Source: an uncultured Acidobacteriota bacterium
Lineage (GTDB): Bacteria > Acidobacteriota > Terriglobia > Terriglobales > Acidobacteriaceae
Reading direction: 5' to 3'
DNA: 64,000 nt
NCBI GenBank assembly: GCA_963800195.1
Contig: CAWCZZ010000005.1
Location: forward strand, 18,483 to 82,482
Each line of letters opens with the position of its first letter. The stretch's first letter is position 1. A program made the position numbers and the translations under genes. A model generated the notes under the pieces. It did no database searches, was not told the DNA's origin, and saw nothing but the letters and a program-made list of their open reading frames with translations. This document shows positions 20,250 through 31,039 of the stretch, in pieces.

Positions 20250-20401
20250 TTCGCAGGGACCAACACGAACATTCGTTTATCTTCTGAGCCCGTCTGCGGG
20301 ACTTCGTTTCGTCAGGCAGCCTGATCGGCGGCCTCGCGCGCCACTGTCTTTGAATTTTCATCGCGTGGTGCTAGAGTTCATCTCCGAAGGTTCATTCCTT
20401 T

Positions 20402-21395
20402 ATGCCAAAACGCTTGCTTGCGCTGGTAATCATTGCCGCATCCGTCTTGCTGCCGGCGCTCGCTCCAGGATGGGGCGACGTTGGACACACCACCATCAAT
20501 CGCGTCGCTGCCGAAAAAATTCCCTCCGACATGCCGCAGTTTCTCAAGGCTGCCTCCATCCATATCGGCTGGCTTGGCCCCGAGCCGGACCGCTGGCGCT
20601 CCAATCTGGAAAAGCCGCTCAATGACGCGCAGGCTCCCGATCATTTCATCGATCTCGAGTACGTGGACTGGCTCAAGCCCTTGCCGCCGAGCCGCTATGA
20701 ATTTATCCACGCCGTCTACGAATACCGTGCACAACATCCACAGGCCGGCCTGCCGCAACCGGAAAAGATCGGCTTTCAGCCTTACATCACCATCGAGGTC
20801 TTTGACCGGCTCAAGGTCGCCTTCCGCGAGTATCGCCAAGCCCAGGCCGAGCGACGCCCTACCGCCGATGCCGAGGCCAACGCGATCTTCTACGCAGGCT
20901 GGCTCGGGCACTATGTCGGCGACGGTTCCAACCCCATGCATACCTCCATCCAATACAACGGCTGGGTCGGGCCCAATCCCAAGCACTACACCACCTCGCA
21001 TGACGTGCATTCTAAAATGGAGACGACATTCGTCAACGCCAACCCGGAGGTCACTCGCATTGCGGATCTCGTGCGAACACCCAGGCATCTCGACCGTCCC
21101 TTCGAGGACTACTGTCGCCTACTTGCGCGAGTCGCAATCCAAAATTGAACGCGCCTACGCCTTGGAGAAGCTAGGCGGTTTCGATGGCAATGGCACGCCT
21201 GAGTCGCGCGAGTTCATCCGTCAGCAACTCGGCCGCGGGGCGCAGATGCTGCTGAACCTGTGGTACACCGCATGGATCGATTCGGCAAAGGAGCCCGAAT
21301 CCCGGCATGGCGAAAAACGCGAGCCTCGCCTCTGCAATCGCATCCAACTGGAAAGGTGGCTCTCGCCACCCGGGAATAATCCGTGCATGAACTAA
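20402..21395 (+). pseudogene. secreted S1/P1 nuclease / zinc phospholipase C superfamily protein, one frame disruption near 21110
   Basis: A signal peptide is followed by the mature N-terminus WGDVGHTTINRVAAEKIP, then DHFIDLE and HYVGDGSNPMH. The C-terminus continues in ORF 20433..21395 (SQSKIERAYALEKLGG...LLNLWYTAWIDS). Confidence 0.55.
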
Positions 21396-21796
21396 GCGCA
21401 GAGCAGATCGAGCAACTAATAGCGGCGGCGCAGCAGGCCAGCGAACGCGCCTACACGCCCTTCAGCAGATTCCAGGTGGGCGCGGCCATTCTCACCCAGG
21501 GCGGCGAGATTTTTACCGGCTGCAATGTGGAGAACTCTTCTTACGGCCTCACCAACTGTGCCGAGCGCACTGCCATCTTTACGGCGGTTGCCGACGGAGC
21601 TCTCAGCGCCGAACGCACTCTCGTCGCTGTCGCGGTGGTCAATCGCCAGGGAGCGGTCTGTTCGCCCTGCGGAGCCTGCCGCCAGGTCATCTTCGAGTTC
21701 GGCCCTGAAGCGGTCGTGATCTATCGCGCTCAAAGCGGCGAGATCACGCAAACCAAAATCAAGGATTTGCTGCCAGAGGGTTTCCGCCTGCGCTAA
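21383..21796 (+). CDS. cdd: cytidine deaminase
   Basis: CAERTAIF and PCGACRQVIFEF zinc-binding motifs; 137 aa. Confidence 0.85.
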   Translation: MHELSAEQIEQLIAAAQQASERAYTPFSRFQVGAAILTQGGEIFTGCNVENSSYGLTNCAERTAIFTAVADGALSAERTLVAVAVVNRQGAVCSPCGACRQVIFEFGPEAVVIYRAQSGEITQTKIKDLLPEGFRLR

Positions 21797-21815
21797 ACCG
21801 AAACCTGAGCACTGC

Positions 21816-23411
21816 CTAGAACTTGCTTTCAAAGTCAGCCAGGCGACGCTCCAGCCGCCATTCTTCCCTTGCTTTTTCGCTGCCGTTCAGGAACTTTGTG
21901 CAAGCCGAATTGGGCACCGCTGTGGGCCGCTCGCCCACGCACTCGCGCACCGGAACAAATTTGCGAGCATCGCTCCATAGGCTGGCGCCCGGAAGAAAGG
22001 AGTGCTCCAGGCTGGTGCGGGCCATCTTTTTCAGCGTCGAATAGTCCAGCCCCTGGTCCGTCACCGCGCGCTCGTACTCGCGCGTCATCTCCGAGCGGGA
22101 AACGCCCTCGTCATCAGTTGCCAGCGCCACCGGAACCCCTGCCTTTAAGTACATTGCCAGCGGGTGTTGCCGCCCCCGCACTCCCAAAATGCTGTCGTTC
22201 GAGCTCAGGCAGATTTCGACTGTGACGTTGCGCCGGGCCATCATGGCGAGCAGTTCGTGCGGGTTTTCCTCGTACATCACATCCACGCCGTGGCCAATTC
22301 GCTCGGCTTTGCCCAATTCGATGGATTCGCGGATATGAAAGCGCAATCCATCCGGCGGCACGATTCCTGGCGCGAGTTCTCCGGCGTGCAATGCAATATG
22401 CACGTTCGGGTACACGCTCTTCAGGTAGCTCAACATCATCATGTGGAATTGGAAGTCGTGCATCGGCACGTACCAATCTTCGGGTTGCACCAGGTTCAAC
22501 CCAACTACGCGTGGATCATGGCTGGCCAACTCAAACCCCATCAGCATCTGCGCAAAAACCTGTGACGGCCTTGCGCCGCGTGCCACGCTATAGATGTAGC
22601 GCACACGCACCGAGCAGGCGCCGCCCTGGGCTTCGGGCTCACGGTTGCACTTGAGCTGTGTGTTCTTGCCCTCTTCCATGGTGTCCAGGTTCTTGCGCGC
22701 CTCTTCCACCGCACTGTTGAAATCAGCGTCCAGAAGCTTTTTGCGCATCGCGGCAAAGTCGGCGTCGTAGCCGGCGCTAGCGCCCAGGGCCGAGGCGCGT
22801 CCGTGGTCCGGAGAGATCATCAGCTCCAGGTATTGCACGTTTCCGTTCGCAGCCCGCTGCGTCACCTCGGCCAGAATCTGCGACATATGAGCTTCGGTTG
22901 CGGGACCAAACTTGGAAAAGGTATCGAAGAAGTGATCGTGTCCATTGACCCACGGCTTCATACCCCGCATCGACCATGCATTGATCTCATTGCGATAAAG
23001 CTCCGGATCGGTCAATGCCTGGCGTGCTTCAGCCTGGTTGGGCTGGCAAGGAGCCTGCGCCAGTGCCAGTGACTGGCGATCCACGCACAGTCCAGACTCG
23101 GCCGCAAACTGCATCAGGCTCTCGGCGTAAACCGCGCCGGTAATGTGATTGTGCAGGTCGCCGCCCTTCGGCATCTCCTTCAGCAGGGCGTAAAGCGCAC
23201 CGTTGTTGCCGCGCGCCTCGTTCAGAGCTTTTTCCGCGCGTCCCTCCGGGGTCTCGGGTCGAGCTTCGGCCTGTTCTTTGGCAACTTGCTGAGCTGCGGT
23301 AGCCGGCCGTGCCGGAGAATTTTTGAACGCCTGAATCTGTGACCCGGCGGCGCCGATGGAAAGAACGGCGACAAGACAAATAGATAGCTTTCCCGCGCTA
23401 AGCAGGCGCAT
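21816..23411 (-). CDS. secreted adenosine deaminase family protein
   Basis: Signal peptide MRLLSAGKLSICLVAVLSIGAAGS, then DLHNH, IALHAGE, RIGHGVD, VEICLSSN and ATDDEGVSRS. Confidence 0.75.
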   Translation of the reverse strand: MRLLSAGKLSICLVAVLSIGAAGSQIQAFKNSPARPATAAQQVAKEQAEARPETPEGRAEKALNEARGNNGALYALLKEMPKGGDLHNHITGAVYAESLMQFAAESGLCVDRQSLALAQAPCQPNQAEARQALTDPELYRNEINAWSMRGMKPWVNGHDHFFDTFSKFGPATEAHMSQILAEVTQRAANGNVQYLELMISPDHGRASALGASAGYDADFAAMRKKLLDADFNSAVEEARKNLDTMEEGKNTQLKCNREPEAQGGACSVRVRYIYSVARGARPSQVFAQMLMGFELASHDPRVVGLNLVQPEDWYVPMHDFQFHMMMLSYLKSVYPNVHIALHAGELAPGIVPPDGLRFHIRESIELGKAERIGHGVDVMYEENPHELLAMMARRNVTVEICLSSNDSILGVRGRQHPLAMYLKAGVPVALATDDEGVSRSEMTREYERAVTDQGLDYSTLKKMARTSLEHSFLPGASLWSDARKFVPVRECVGERPTAVPNSACTKFLNGSEKAREEWRLERRLADFESKF

Positions 23412-23576
23412 GGCATTCTCCGGGGGGCGAACATGGCCCATAGAAGCGGAACACTCCGATCATATCGTGAAATAATGATTTCGGATGGGCCCAACGAATT
23501 CTATTGCGGCTGACGTCTTGCAGCCTTGGCCGATACCTTCTGGCATCCCCTTCTTCATCTCTGCCATAATCGCAAT

Positions 23577-24107
23577 ATGGAGCAACCCACAGTGCCGGAG
23601 CTAAGAGTACTTTTCTCGCGTCAACAGATTGCGTCCCGTGTCGCCGAATTGGCTCAGCAGATTTCCCGGGATTTTGCCGGTGAGCCGGTCGTTCTGGTGG
23701 GCGTACTCAAAGGCGCGGCCATCTTTCTCAGCGATCTCGCGCGCCTCCTCGAACTTGATGCCACCTTCGACTTCATCTCTGTTTCCAGCTATGCCAATCA
23801 GAAGCAGAACAGCGGCGAAGTCAAATTGCTGAAGGACGTCGATCAGTCGATGCAGGGCAAAAACGTCATTCTGGTCGAAGATATTCTCGACACCGGATTG
23901 ACCCTCTCCTACCTTAAAGACATGATTCTGGCACACCGTCCCAGGAGCTTCAAAATTGTTGCCCTGCTGGATAAAAAATGCCGCCGTCAGCAGCCCATTC
24001 AAGCCGACTACGTGGGATTTGAGATTCCCGATGAGTTCGTTGTAGGTTACGGCATGGACTACGCCGAGCGTTACCGCAACCTCCCCGATATTTGCGTCCT
24101 CCCGTAG
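23577..24107 (+). CDS. hpt: hypoxanthine phosphoribosyltransferase
   Basis: VLVGVLKGAAIFLSDLAR, ILVEDILDTGLTLSYL (PRPP loop), and VVGYGMDYAERYRNLP. Confidence 0.85.
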   Translation: MEQPTVPELRVLFSRQQIASRVAELAQQISRDFAGEPVVLVGVLKGAAIFLSDLARLLELDATFDFISVSSYANQKQNSGEVKLLKDVDQSMQGKNVILVEDILDTGLTLSYLKDMILAHRPRSFKIVALLDKKCRRQQPIQADYVGFEIPDEFVVGYGMDYAERYRNLPDICVLP

Positions 24108-24175
24108 CGGCGGCACACTCGTCTTCGTCGTACACTAGGGGTAGCATTCTTTCTACGCCTTAAGCAGGTACTTGG

Positions 24176-24892
24176 ATGTCCGATGTGATCGGTTTGAATC
24201 CCTCCGTTGAAGTCATTCACAGCGATTGGCGCCTGGCGGCAAAGCTTATCGACCATACCCTGCTCAAACCGGAAGCCACGCGCCAGCAGGTCGCCAGGCT
24301 CTGCCGGGAGGCTGGCTGAATACGGCTTCTACTCGGTGATGGTGAATCCTTGCAACATCGCGCAGTGCAAAGCTGAATTGCGTGGGACAGGCGTGGTTGT
24401 TGGCGCCGTGATCGGCTTTCCCCTGGGCGCTACCACCTCCACCACCAAACTCGCCGAAGCCGGCGATGCGCTGCGCCTCGGGGCCTCCGAACTTGACATG
24501 GTCATCAACGTCGGAGCCCTCAAGAGCGGAGACCGCGATCTGGTGCAAATGGAGATGCAGTCGCTCGCGCAACTCTGCCACCGCTCCGCTGCACTGCTCA
24601 AAGTCATCATTGAAACCGCGCTGTTGACCACCGAAGAAAAAATTCTCGTTTGCCAGCTGGCTGCCGCCGCGGAAGTGGATTTCGTAAAGACCTCCACCGG
24701 CTTTTTCAACCCCGGAGCCACCGTTGCCGACGTTTCGCTGATGCGCGGCGTGGTCGGCCACAAGATTGGCGTCAAAGCCGCCGGTGGAATCCGTAGCGCC
24801 TGCCGCTCTGCTCGCCATGATCGAGGCCGGAGCCAGTCGCGTGGGCTCAAGTGCCAGCGTATCCATCGTCCAGGAACTTGGCGCAAGGTAGT
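24176..24892 (+). pseudogene. deoC: deoxyribose-phosphate aldolase, two frame disruptions (near 24316 and near 24800)
   Basis: MSDVIG...LIDHTLLKPEATRQQVARLCREAG stops at TGA; deleting one t restores EYGFYSVMVNPC. The middle part is ORF 24207..24902 (...DFVKTSTGF...GVKAAGGIRS). The tail AMIEAGASRVGSSASVSIVQELGAR is back in the first frame. Confidence 0.8.
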
Positions 24893-25057
24893 TTCTTCCT
24901 GACCTCTGCCCGCCCTGATTCGTCCACAATCCGCTCGCCTTAGCTTTCCAGCCGGCAGGCAGGAGAATCTGCTTTGCGCGAAATACCGCGTGGGATAAGC
25001 TCGATGCGTCTGATCAATGTCATCCATCGGGCACTCCTGATCCCGGAACGGTCTCCG

Positions 25058-26382
25058 ATGCTTTTTGTCGAACTGATTCGCAAGAAGCGCGACGGCGGGG
25101 AACTGTCGCGTGACGAAATCGAGTTCATCGTCTCCGGTTACACCCGCGGCGCAACTTCCCGACTATCAGGTCGCCGCGTTCTTGATGGCCGCATTCCTGC
25201 GCGGGCTGAGCCATGAAGAGACCGCTGCGCTTACCGCCGCCATGCTCAACTCTGGCGAGGTGCTCGATTTTTCTGCCATTCCTGGCAGCAAGATAGACAA
25301 GCACTCCACCGGCGGCGTCGGCGACAAAACTTCGCTCCTGCTCGCCCCCATCGTAGCCGCTGGTGGCATCAACGTGCCCATGATCAGCGGTCGCGGTCTC
25401 GGACACACCGGCGGCACGCTGGACAAACTCGAAGCCATTCCCGGCTTCAACGTTCATCTCTCGCTCGAAGAGTTCCGCCGCATCCTCGCCGCAATCGGCT
25501 GCGCCATGATCGGCCAGACTGCCGATCTCGCTCCGGCCGACAAAAAGCTTTACGCCTTGCGCGATGTTATCGGAACCGTCGAAAGCCCATCCCTCATCTG
25601 CGCCTCCATCATGAGCAAAAAACTCGCCGAAGGAATCGACGGCCTCGTGCTTGACGTCAAGACCGGCTCCGGTGCTTTCATGAAAGAACCCGCCGACAGC
25701 CGTCTCCTGGCCCGCTTGATGGTGGAGACCGGCGAACGCATGGGCAAGAAGATGATCGCGCTCATCACCGATATGGATCAACCCCTGGGCCGTTACATCG
25801 GCAACGCCCTTGAGGTCGTCGAATGCGTCAACGTACTGCGCGGCCGCTTTGATGGCTCTGAAGATCTCGTCGAACTCACCCTTGAACTCTGCGGCTGGAT
25901 GTTTTTCCTCGGCCGGCGAAGCGCCACCAAGGACGAAGGACGCTCGCTCGCCCTTGAAATCATTCGCAGCGGCCAAGCCTTGCAGAAGTTCCGCGACCTC
26001 ATCCGCGAACAGGGCGGCGATCTTCGCTGCGTTGACGATCTCGCTCGCTTGCCGCGCGCCGCTTTTTGCGAAGATATCCTCGCCCCCGATAGTGGATTTG
26101 TCACGGCCATCCAGTGCGAGCGCATCGGCATAGCCGGAGTCCTCCTCGGCGCGGACGGAGCACCAATGAAGAAGCGATCGATCCCGCCGTTGGAATCGTG
26201 CTGCACAAAAAGGTGGGCGAAGCAGTCTCCGCCGCGGAAGCTGCTCTGCACCGTTCATTACAATTCAGTCAGAGCGTTTTGCCCAGGCCAAGCCGGTCAT
26301 CGCCGCTGCCTACTCCATCGCCGCGCAAGCACCACCAGCGCGCGCGTTAATTCAGAAAGTGATTCAGGGCAGCTCAGTTTGA
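25058..26382 (+). pseudogene. deoA: thymidine/pyrimidine-nucleoside phosphorylase, at least 4 frame disruptions
   Basis: MLFVELIRKKRDGGELSRDEIEFIVSGYTRG, then (shift) PDYQVAAFLMA...DKHSTGGVGDK...SGRGLGHTGGTLDKLE. Further shifts occur near 26150, 26240 and 26270. The C-terminus reads AAAYSIAAQAPPARALIQKVI. Confidence 0.8.
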
Positions 26383-26413
26383 TTCAAACTCCGTGCCACT
26401 GAGGAGGGAAGCG

Positions 26414-27649
26414 ATGGGACGATTTACTGGAGTGCTCGGAGTGGTCCTGATGCTGGCTGTTGCCTGGCTCTTTTCCAGCAACCGCAAGGCCATTCGCTGG
26501 CGCGTCGTAGCCACCGGAGTCGCGTTGCAGATCCTCTTCGCCATCTTCGTTATCAAAGTATTGTGGGGACAACTGGCGATCGCCAAGGCCGGGGAAGGTG
26601 CCAGGCGCCTGCTCGCCTGCTCCTTTGCAGGTTCCCGCTTTGTCTTCGGAGAAGCCGGCGCGCAGAACTCCAGCCTCGGCTTCATCTTCGCCTTCCAGGT
26701 CTTGCCCGCCATTATTTTCATCGCGGCTTTTTTCGCCATTCTTTACTACTTCGGCGTCATGCAGATTCTCATTCGCATGGTCGCCGTGGTCATGGAGAAA
26801 ACTATGGCGCCAGCGGTGCCGAGTCGCTCAACGTCGCTGCCTCCATCGTCATGGGCCAGACCGAAGCTCCGCTCACCATTCGCCCTTATCTCCCGCGCCT
26901 CACTCAGTCTGAGCTGATGGTGGTCATGACGGCGGGCATGGCGCACGTCTCTGGCAGCATCATGGCCGCCTACATCGCCACCGGCGTAGCTCCCGCGCAC
27001 TTGCTGGCCGCCGTGATTATGACCGCGCCCGGAACTCTTACCGTGGCCAAAATGCTGGTGCCGGAGACCGAAGTTCCGGAGACCGCCAGCGGTGCCGCAT
27101 TGCCCAGCGAGGAGCGCGCCAGCAACGTGCTGGAAGCCGCAGCCAAGGGTACCAGTGACGGCTTCGCGCTGGCCCTGAACGTCGCTGCCATGCTGATCTC
27201 ATTCCTGGCCATCATCTTCCTCATCAATTCGCTGCTCGGTGGCACCCACAATTTTCTCGCCGCCCACGGCTTCGCCTGGTTCCCTGTCCAGCCTGGAGAA
27301 AATTTTCGGCATACTTTTCTGCTCCCATTGCCTTTATCATCGGAGTGCCATGGCATGATTGCATGGCCATCGGCAATCTGCTGGGTACGCGCATGGTATT
27401 GAATGAACTGGTCGCCTTTACCATGCTCGGCGCGCAGAAATCGGCGCTCGATCCACGCTCGTTCACCATCGCTACCTTTGCGCTTTGCGGCTTTGCCAAT
27501 TTCGGCTCCATCGGTATTCAGATTGGCGGTCTCGGCGCGCTGGCGCCATCGCGTCGCGCGCGACCTTGCCCGGCCTTGGCTTTAAAGCCATGATCGCCGG
27601 AACCATGGCGAATCTTATGTCGGCCTGCATTGTGGGAGTCCTGTTATGA
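26414..27649 (+). pseudogene. nupC: NupC-family nucleoside transporter, at least 4 frame disruptions
   Basis: MGRFTGVLGVVLMLAVAWLFSSNRKAIRWR..., then (shift) GASGAESLNVAASIVMGQTEAPL...SGSIMAAY, (shift) SLEKIFGILF, (shift) APIAFIIGVPWHDC...LCGFANFGSIGIQIGG, (shift) MIAGTMANLMSACIVGVLL. The RBS gaggaggg lies upstream of the ATG. Confidence 0.8.
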
Positions 27650-28527
27650 GTTCGCACGCAGATGTAAAGCACATGGCGATGGATGAGTTCACCCGCGCCG
27701 AATCCGCGGCGATGGTCATTCGTATGCAGCTTCGCAAAAGCCGCATCTCGGAGTACCGGAAATTGCGGTTGTGCTGGGTTCTGGCCTGGGTGCTTTTGCC
27801 GAGGAGTCTGGAAGATTCCGTTGCCATCCCGTACGCCGACATTCCAAATTTTCCGCGCTCCACCGCCATCGGCCATGCCGGACGCCTCGTCATAGGAAAG
27901 CTCGGCGCCTTACCGTCGCCGCCATGCAGGGACGCGTTCATCAATACGAAGGCTACAGCAGCCGCGAAGCTGGATTTCCGGTGCGCGTCCTCGCCCGCCT
28001 TGGCGTAAAGAGCCTCGTCCTCACCAACGCCGCCGGAGGCATCAACTCCGCTTACAGCCCAGGGAACGCTCGTCCTGCTCAGCGATCACATCAATCTGCA
28101 AGGAACCAACCCGCTCAACGGACCGAACGATGATCGTTTCGGCCCGCGCTTTCCGGACCTGAGCGAGGCCTATTGCCCCGACTATCGCCGCCTTGCGATG
28201 GACGCAGCCCGCGAGGTTGGCATCGATCTAAAGGAAGGTGTCTACGCCGCGTTGCCGGGCCCAAGTTACGAAACTCCAGCCGAGATCCGCTATCTTCGCA
28301 CCATTGGCGCCGATCTGGTCGGCATGTCCACCGTCCCCGAAGTCATCGTGGCCCGGCACATGGGAATCGCCGTACTGGCGATTTCCTGCGTAACCAATAT
28401 GGCCGCAGGACTTTCCGCTGGCACGATCAATCATGACGAGGTGTTGCAAACGGGAGAGCGCGTGCGCGAATCCTTCATTGCTCTTCTCACCGCGGTTCTT
28501 CCCCGAATCGCAGCTCACGGAAAATAA
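27646..28527 (+). pseudogene. punA: purine nucleoside phosphorylase (PunA type), 4 frame disruptions
   Basis: The segments alternate between two frames: AESAAMVIR... / PEIAVVLGSGLGAFAEE / VAIPYADIPNFPRSTAIGHAGRLVIGKLG / MQGRVHQYEGY...FPVRVLARLGVKSLVLTNAAGGIN / DHINLQGTNPL...STVPEVIVARHMG...TNMAAG. Confidence 0.8.
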
Positions 28528-28645
28528 AGTGAGCCCGCGAACTGCCGCGGTTCAATACAACCTAGGAAATATTCGGGGGCCAATTCCGTTCTTCGTTACA
28601 AACAGACGCTAGACCAGTTCCAGGGAAAATGTATCCCGTGAGGTG

Positions 28646-28676
28646 CCCCATATTTGCCTCAGTTAGCAAATGTGGG
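28646..28676. repeat. REP-like palindromic element, family CCCCACATTTGCC-loop-GGCAAATGTGGGG
   Basis: ccccatatttgcc-tcagtt-agcaaatgtggg, between the convergent punA and IclR 3-prime ends. Confidence 0.6.
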
Positions 28677-28703
28677 TTCACAGTGACGGCCTCCGAAACG
28701 CCT

Positions 28704-29525
28704 TTAGCGCATAAAGCGGCTTTGCATTGTTTCCGTCCGCTCCCGTAACGTGCTGACCAGAGTTTTTTCCGTGCTGATGAATCGCTCGGAAGGGACAGGC
28801 ATTGACACGGCGGCGATATCACCGTTAGGAGCGTGCAGCGCTACCGCAATCGCACAGATGCCGGCGAAGCACTCCTCGCGGTCAATCGCCATGCCGCGGC
28901 GGCGGATCTCCTCGATTTCGGCCATTAGCACGTTCCAGTCCGCAATCGAATTACGGGTGCTGGGGATAAGTCGATAATGCCGGCTCAACTTGCCCAGTTC
29001 CTCTTCCGCCAGCGTCGCCAGCAGCACCTTGCCACTGGCCGAGCAATGCAGCGGGAGCGATGAGCCCACATGCGAAACAGCCATCAACGGATGTATGCCC
29101 GGAATCTGGTCCACAACCACTGCCTTCTCGCTTCCGAGCACAGCCAGATCCACGGTTTCACCAAGATCTTTGGAGAGTTGCACCAGCAGGGGACGCAGCG
29201 TTTCAACGATGTCGAACTGCTTGGCTAAAGCGCCCAGAGAAATTAATTCCGGCCCAAGACGAACCCCGCTCGTGGGAGAGGCTGGGATCAGGAGGTTGGC
29301 ATCATCCAGTGCGCTCACGATGCGTTGCACCGTGGAGCGCGGCAGATGAACGCGATCGGCAATCTCGCGAAGCGTCAGTCCCTCAGGATGCATGCCGACA
29401 ATCTTCAGGATTTCCGCAGCACGGGAGATGACCCGGATACCGGACGAATCAGAGTCCTTCTTAGTCTTCCTGATAAGAAGAGAATTTCTCGGCTTAAAAT
29501 GTTCGGTGAGCTTGTCTTTGGCCAT
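28704..29525 (-). CDS. IclR family transcriptional regulator
   Basis: N-terminal wHTH (RAAEILKIVGMHPEGLTLREIADRVHLPRSTVQRIVSAL) followed by a C-terminal IclR effector domain. Confidence 0.8.
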   Translation of the reverse strand: MAKDKLTEHFKPRNSLLIRKTKKDSDSSGIRVISRAAEILKIVGMHPEGLTLREIADRVHLPRSTVQRIVSALDDANLLIPASPTSGVRLGPELISLGALAKQFDIVETLRPLLVQLSKDLGETVDLAVLGSEKAVVVDQIPGIHPLMAVSHVGSSLPLHCSASGKVLLATLAEEELGKLSRHYRLIPSTRNSIADWNVLMAEIEEIRRRGMAIDREECFAGICAIAVALHAPNGDIAAVSMPVPSERFISTEKTLVSTLRERTETMQSRFMR

Positions 29526-29821
29526 GGTTCCTAACGCTAACCAGTTAATCCATCAACATCCTTTATAGCATATACAGAGGTCTCAATGCCTCCAACGCCT
29601 ATTCGTTGCATAGCCTTCCGGCAGCGCTGCAAAGAGTGCTCGTCCTCCCGCAGGCATGTGCCTTCACGCGCAATCATTGCGGCCTCGAAGCTTCTTCTTC
29701 CGAATCAATCGTCTCATTGACTCTCTCCTTGACTCCAATCTCCGCAGGGCGCGGAATCGGAAGCCGCATCGGCCCCTTCGAAGTTTGCCATTCGGAACCT
29801 CTCCTTATGCAAAAGCATTTG

Positions 29822-29850
29822 TTGACAGCCGCACATATTAGGTGAATACT
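29822..29850 (+). promoter_or_regulatory. candidate sigma-70 promoter (TTGACA, 17 nt spacer, AATACT)
   Basis: ttgaca gccgcacatattaggtg aatact, in the 616-bp IclR-IclR intergenic region. It points toward the gene at 30141, about 290 nt downstream. Confidence 0.35.
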
Positions 29851-29862
29851 TTGCTTGTAATG

Positions 29863-29878
29863 CGGTACGGCAGTACCG
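29863..29878. promoter_or_regulatory. perfect palindrome CGGTAC-GGCA-GTACCG, operator-like
   Basis: Lies 13 nt downstream of the candidate -10 element. IclR-type regulators bind palindromes. Confidence 0.3.
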
Positions 29879-30140
29879 AATGACAATATGTCTCGCTTCG
29901 CACTGGAGTCTGCGGACTTGCGTTATCTGGCGGCTGGACGATCCTCGGTAGCATTTCGGTGATGCTCCGTGTACGAATCCTATCGCTCCTGCTGGAGTTG
30001 CATCACGGTCTGGAATTTGGCGAGCTTCGTTCCGGCACACGCCGCTGCCGAGTCTCACACCCCAGCCGGCTGCAGGGAAGAGCATGATTGAATCGAAATA
30101 AATGAGGAGGACCGCCACCGCGATTTAGGCGAGCGGGCAT

Positions 30141-30959
30141 ATGCCTACACAACGAACCAACGCCAAGCCGGACAAATCCAAGCTGGGCGTGCAAGTGATC
30201 GCGCGCGCCGTCGAAATTTTGCGCGCCTTGGAAGGCAATGATCAGGGCCTCAGTCTTGGGCAGTTGTCGCGTCAACTTGACTTGCCGAAATCGACCGTCC
30301 AGCGCATCGTGGCCGCACTGGACGCCGAGAACTTCGTCGTAGCCGCTTCCCCTTCGGCCAGGGTACGGCTAGGCCCTGCGCTCGTGCGTATCGCCCGCTC
30401 CATTCGCTTTCAAGTCGCGGAGATCGCACATCCTTACATCGAAGAGCTTTCGCAGAACACCGGCGAGGCTGTCGATTTGGCAATTCTGGATGGGGCGAAG
30501 GCGGTCTTCATTGATCACATGGAAGGGTCAGGAAGGCTTCGTGCAGTCTCGGCCGTCGGGCTCTCATTTCCTCTCCACTGCACGGCGAATGGCAAGGCAA
30601 TGCTGGCTACGCTTGACGATGAGGCGCTTGCACGCATGAAGCGGAGCTTGACGCTTTCTGCCTTTACCACCAATTCCGTTCGCTCATGGTCCAAACTGGA
30701 GGCCGAACTCCAGAACATTCGCACCTCCGGCGTCGCATATGACCGGGAGGAGCACACCATCGGCATATCGGCGGTTGGTTCCGCCTTGCGCGGGCCTGAG
30801 GGCGAGATAGCGGCAATTTCCGTATGCACTCCGTCCGTTCGCTTCGCGCAGGAAGAGAAGTCTTTGATTGATGGTTTGCGGCGGTGCCACGCTGCGATTT
30901 CAAAAGTATTTGGAAATCGGGAACTCACCCCGCTGCCGCCTTTCGTCGGATCGAAGTAG
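30141..30959 (+). CDS. IclR family transcriptional regulator (paralog of 28704..29525)
   Basis: RAVEILRALEGNDQGLSLGQLSRQLDLPKSTVQRIVAAL with the same architecture. It aligns by eye along its whole length with the divergent IclR. Confidence 0.8.
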   Translation: MPTQRTNAKPDKSKLGVQVIARAVEILRALEGNDQGLSLGQLSRQLDLPKSTVQRIVAALDAENFVVAASPSARVRLGPALVRIARSIRFQVAEIAHPYIEELSQNTGEAVDLAILDGAKAVFIDHMEGSGRLRAVSAVGLSFPLHCTANGKAMLATLDDEALARMKRSLTLSAFTTNSVRSWSKLEAELQNIRTSGVAYDREEHTIGISAVGSALRGPEGEIAAISVCTPSVRFAQEEKSLIDGLRRCHAAISKVFGNRELTPLPPFVGSK

Positions 30960-31039
30960 TTGTTTTTCCGTACAGACGTAGAGACTTGACTTGCGTTAGA
31001 GTTGGTAAGCACCAATAATATTGTTTGTCTTCGATCGGA

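Noticed and set aside
29714-30275. Minus-strand ORFs of 134 aa and 90 aa in the IclR-IclR intergenic region
   Set aside because: They have no RBS or motif support. One overlaps the start of the supported IclR gene, and neither has a coding-like composition.
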